In this document: positions 44,043-45,970 of the stretch, in pieces | Position numbering within the stretch: position 1 is the first letter of the stretch | Layout: every line of letters begins with the position of its first letter | Virus record (IMG/VR): IMGVR_UViG_2778261461_000002 | Coordinates: 1-45,970 of that record | Strand: one strand, 5' to 3' | DNA: 45,970 nucleotides | DNA from: a virus | Taxonomy: Duplodnaviria > Heunggongvirae > Uroviricota > Caudoviricetes | The notes under the pieces: generated by a model | What the model was told of the DNA's origin: nothing | The model's database searches: none | What the model saw: only the letters and a program-made list of their open reading frames with translations | Program-made: the position numbers and the translations under genes

Positions 44043-44068
44043 CCTCGCACTCGCGGGGATTTATTTTA
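44043..44068 (+). terminator. putative terminator after Cys-rich moron gene
   Basis: hairpin cctcgc-actc-gcgggg (one G-U) followed by T-rich run. Confidence 0.4.
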
Positions 44069-44110
44069 TCTGAACTCGCTACGGCGGGTTTTGTTTTATG
44101 GAGACAAGAA

Positions 44111-44485
44111 ATGTCAGATTTGGCTATGAAGGTTTTGAAATGGCAATCGACTGGCGATGTCGGCGTGAGCAGTGCGACGATGGCGTCCATTGCTTTGGGT
44201 TTGGATAGGCCATTTTACGGGAGCCATTTCGGCGCGCCGCACGACCCATCCGATATGTTGCGCTGCATGAAGTTACTGGAAGCCATCCCGGAGATTCGCG
44301 ATCACTTCCCGGCCATCGCCAAACGAGTGCCAACCTTCAAGGGGATCATTGAGCAGTGGGACGCACTGGTCGAGGTAATGAACCGTGAATGCGTTGGTGA
44401 AAGATGGCGCGCGACAGACGCATACAAACTGATTCAAAAACTGAGGGGTGATGACGAGCCTCGCCGAACAATCAGATTCGAATGA
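44111..44485 (+). CDS. hypothetical protein (124 aa)
   Basis: ORF track. Confidence 0.35.
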   Translation: MSDLAMKVLKWQSTGDVGVSSATMASIALGLDRPFYGSHFGAPHDPSDMLRCMKLLEAIPEIRDHFPAIAKRVPTFKGIIEQWDALVEVMNRECVGERWRATDAYKLIQKLRGDDEPRRTIRFE

Positions 44486-44592
44486 CGCAACTGATAGCCA
44501 GTTATGAGCTGGCTATTGGGTGCGAAAGCACTGCCACGTTATCCCCCTTTCAGCCCTCCATTGCGAGGGCTTCTTTTTGCCTGGAGACAGCT

Positions 44593-44808
44593 ATGAATGA
44601 CAGTATCCTGCTTACCAGTGACGTACTGGCTCGCTATAAGATTTCCCGGAGCACTCTGTATTTCTGGAGCACCCCGGAGCGAATGCCTGCTGGCTTCACC
44701 TGCCCTTTCCCCAAACCAACAATCCCCGGCAACCCAAAACGCTGGAGAGAGTCGGAGATCGTTTCGTGGGAAATGCAGGTCAACGCCTCTAAAGCTGATA
44801 CCCAATAA
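44593..44808 (+). CDS. AlpA-family excisionase / transcriptional regulator
   Basis: 71 aa from ATG 44593 with GGAGA Shine-Dalgarno; block LLTSDVLARYKISRSTLYFW typical of AlpA/Xis HTH; adjacent to integrase. Confidence 0.6.
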   Translation: MNDSILLTSDVLARYKISRSTLYFWSTPERMPAGFTCPFPKPTIPGNPKRWRESEIVSWEMQVNASKADTQ

Positions 44809-45970
44809 TGCTCTGCAGGTGATTCTGCCAGATACCCAACCACTCGCGCTGATCATCCATATAGTCGTGCAGGTTGTATCTGGCCATCACCCCACCCATC
44901 TGATGACCAAGCAGTTTTTCAATAACATGCGGTGGCGCGCCAAGTTCTGACAACCTGGTGGCCACAGTTCGCCTCAGGTCATGCAGCGACCATTGTTTCA
45001 TATCTGTCTTTCTGATCACCTGCATGGAATAGGTCGATACCAGAGCCTGAGTAGGTGGAATGTCTTCTTTATCTCGGAACTGAGCCGGTGTTAAAACGTG
45101 CTTAGTGACCGAACCTCTTTTATGCTCCTGAAGCAGCCTGATCGCCACTTCAGGCAATGCCCTCCTGATCGTCTTCCCTGTTTTGTAATCCTCAGCCGGT
45201 ACCGTCCAGGTCTTTTCATTAAAGTTGTACCAGTCCCAGCGCGATTTCCTTATTTCTGCAGCCCTGCACCCAGTCAGGAGCATGAACCGTATAACAAGCT
45301 GCTGTGATGGAGGGAGCGCGAAAAGTGTATCCCAAACCACTTTGATCTCTTCGTCGGAGAGTCGCCTCTCCTTCATCTTCGCTGCAATACCAACGTCTGA
45401 TCTGCGCAAGGATTCAAGCGGGTTGTTTTTAATCACCCCTCGGTTATGGCAGAACCGGAACGCGCGCTTCATTAATGACAGCATCTCACCAGTAATAACC
45501 GAACGCCCCATCTCGTCGAACACATCAAGCCAGTTAGCCTTGACTGTCTGATCAACCATCGCCCTGCCAATGCGCGGGCTAATGTGCTTCTGAAAGCTCC
45601 TAGTATTGGCATCGATTTTTATCAGACCCTCGGGAATGCAGTAATGCTTTACCCAGTACTCATACGCCTGGTCAACCGTCAGCGCCTCTATCCTTTCCGC
45701 TTTCTCAACCAGAACCTTCTGGCGTGGATCGTAACCCTCACTCAGCCAGGCGCGAAACTGCTGCCTGCGGTCTCTGGCCTGCGCTAATGAGTAGGCTGGG
45801 TATTCACCTATGCTGAGCTGCACCGGCTTACCCTGCCAGCGATAACGGTAGAAGAAAGTTACGCCACCAGTTATGCTTAACCTCACGTTAAGCCCGTTTG
45901 AATCTGAGAGAACTTCCACACTCTCTCTGCGCTTCCCAAGCGCCTTGCGAAGTTTTGTATCTGTGAGCAT
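44789..45970 (-). CDS. int: P4-type tyrosine integrase
   Basis: 393 aa; N-terminal MLTDTKLR arm-binding region, catalytic blocks HDLRRT and LGHQ; ATG is the last three bases of the window, so the att site lies beyond 45970. Confidence 0.9.
   Translation of the reverse strand: MLTDTKLRKALGKRRESVEVLSDSNGLNVRLSITGGVTFFYRYRWQGKPVQLSIGEYPAYSLAQARDRRQQFRAWLSEGYDPRQKVLVEKAERIEALTVDQAYEYWVKHYCIPEGLIKIDANTRSFQKHISPRIGRAMVDQTVKANWLDVFDEMGRSVITGEMLSLMKRAFRFCHNRGVIKNNPLESLRRSDVGIAAKMKERRLSDEEIKVVWDTLFALPPSQQLVIRFMLLTGCRAAEIRKSRWDWYNFNEKTWTVPAEDYKTGKTIRRALPEVAIRLLQEHKRGSVTKHVLTPAQFRDKEDIPPTQALVSTYSMQVIRKTDMKQWSLHDLRRTVATRLSELGAPPHVIEKLLGHQMGGVMARYNLHDYMDDQREWLGIWQNHLQSIIGYQL

Noticed and set aside
1-45970. 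CRISPR arrays, tRNA/rRNA genes, insertion sequences
   Set aside because: No regularly spaced direct repeats with unique spacers, no cloverleaf-like tRNA candidates noticed near the integrase end, and no transposase-like ORF or terminal inverted repeats; the only repeats seen are iterons, operators and the 9-bp coding repeat

Overview
The whole window lies inside a lambdoid (lambda-like, mosaic) siphovirus prophage of an enterobacterial-type host; no rRNA, tRNA, CRISPR array or transposase was seen. Late genes run on the minus strand from about 28.8 kb down to 0.7 kb: Q-like protein, tR'-like terminator, lysis cassette (two membrane holin-type proteins, GH108 endolysin, Rz/Rz1-like spanins), terminase, portal, head, head-tail, major tail, chaperone, tape measure, distal tail proteins, J-like protein and an SGNH-domain tail fibre. 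Early-right genes are also on the minus strand (Cro-like, YdaT/CII-like, O-like initiator with internal iterons, DnaB-type helicase, nin region with NinB and NinG). The CI repressor (LexA-like S24 C-terminus) and the early-left operon (RecT/YqaJ pair, Ea22-like, TraR-like, AlpA-like excisionase) are on the plus strand, and a P4-type tyrosine integrase closes the window at 44789..45970. Several AT-rich, terminator-bounded moron cassettes interrupt this backbone and are the best candidates for an undescribed accessory or defence function: (i) a lipoprotein + standalone FtsH-like (M41) peptidase domain + KilA-N island between the tail chaperone and the tape measure gene; (ii) a cytoplasmic trypsin-like serine protease with a 59-aa acidic partner between the lysis cassette and terminase; (iii) a single 243-aa gene inside the head module; (iv) an overlapping 85-aa / 159-aa membrane-anchored pair in the nin region; (v) a 92-aa gene convergent with the pL-like operon; (vi) a UmuD'-like gene at the left edge. 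All identifications rest on motifs read from the translations and on gene order; no database search or computed statistic was available, and non-coding coordinates are approximate (within a few bases).
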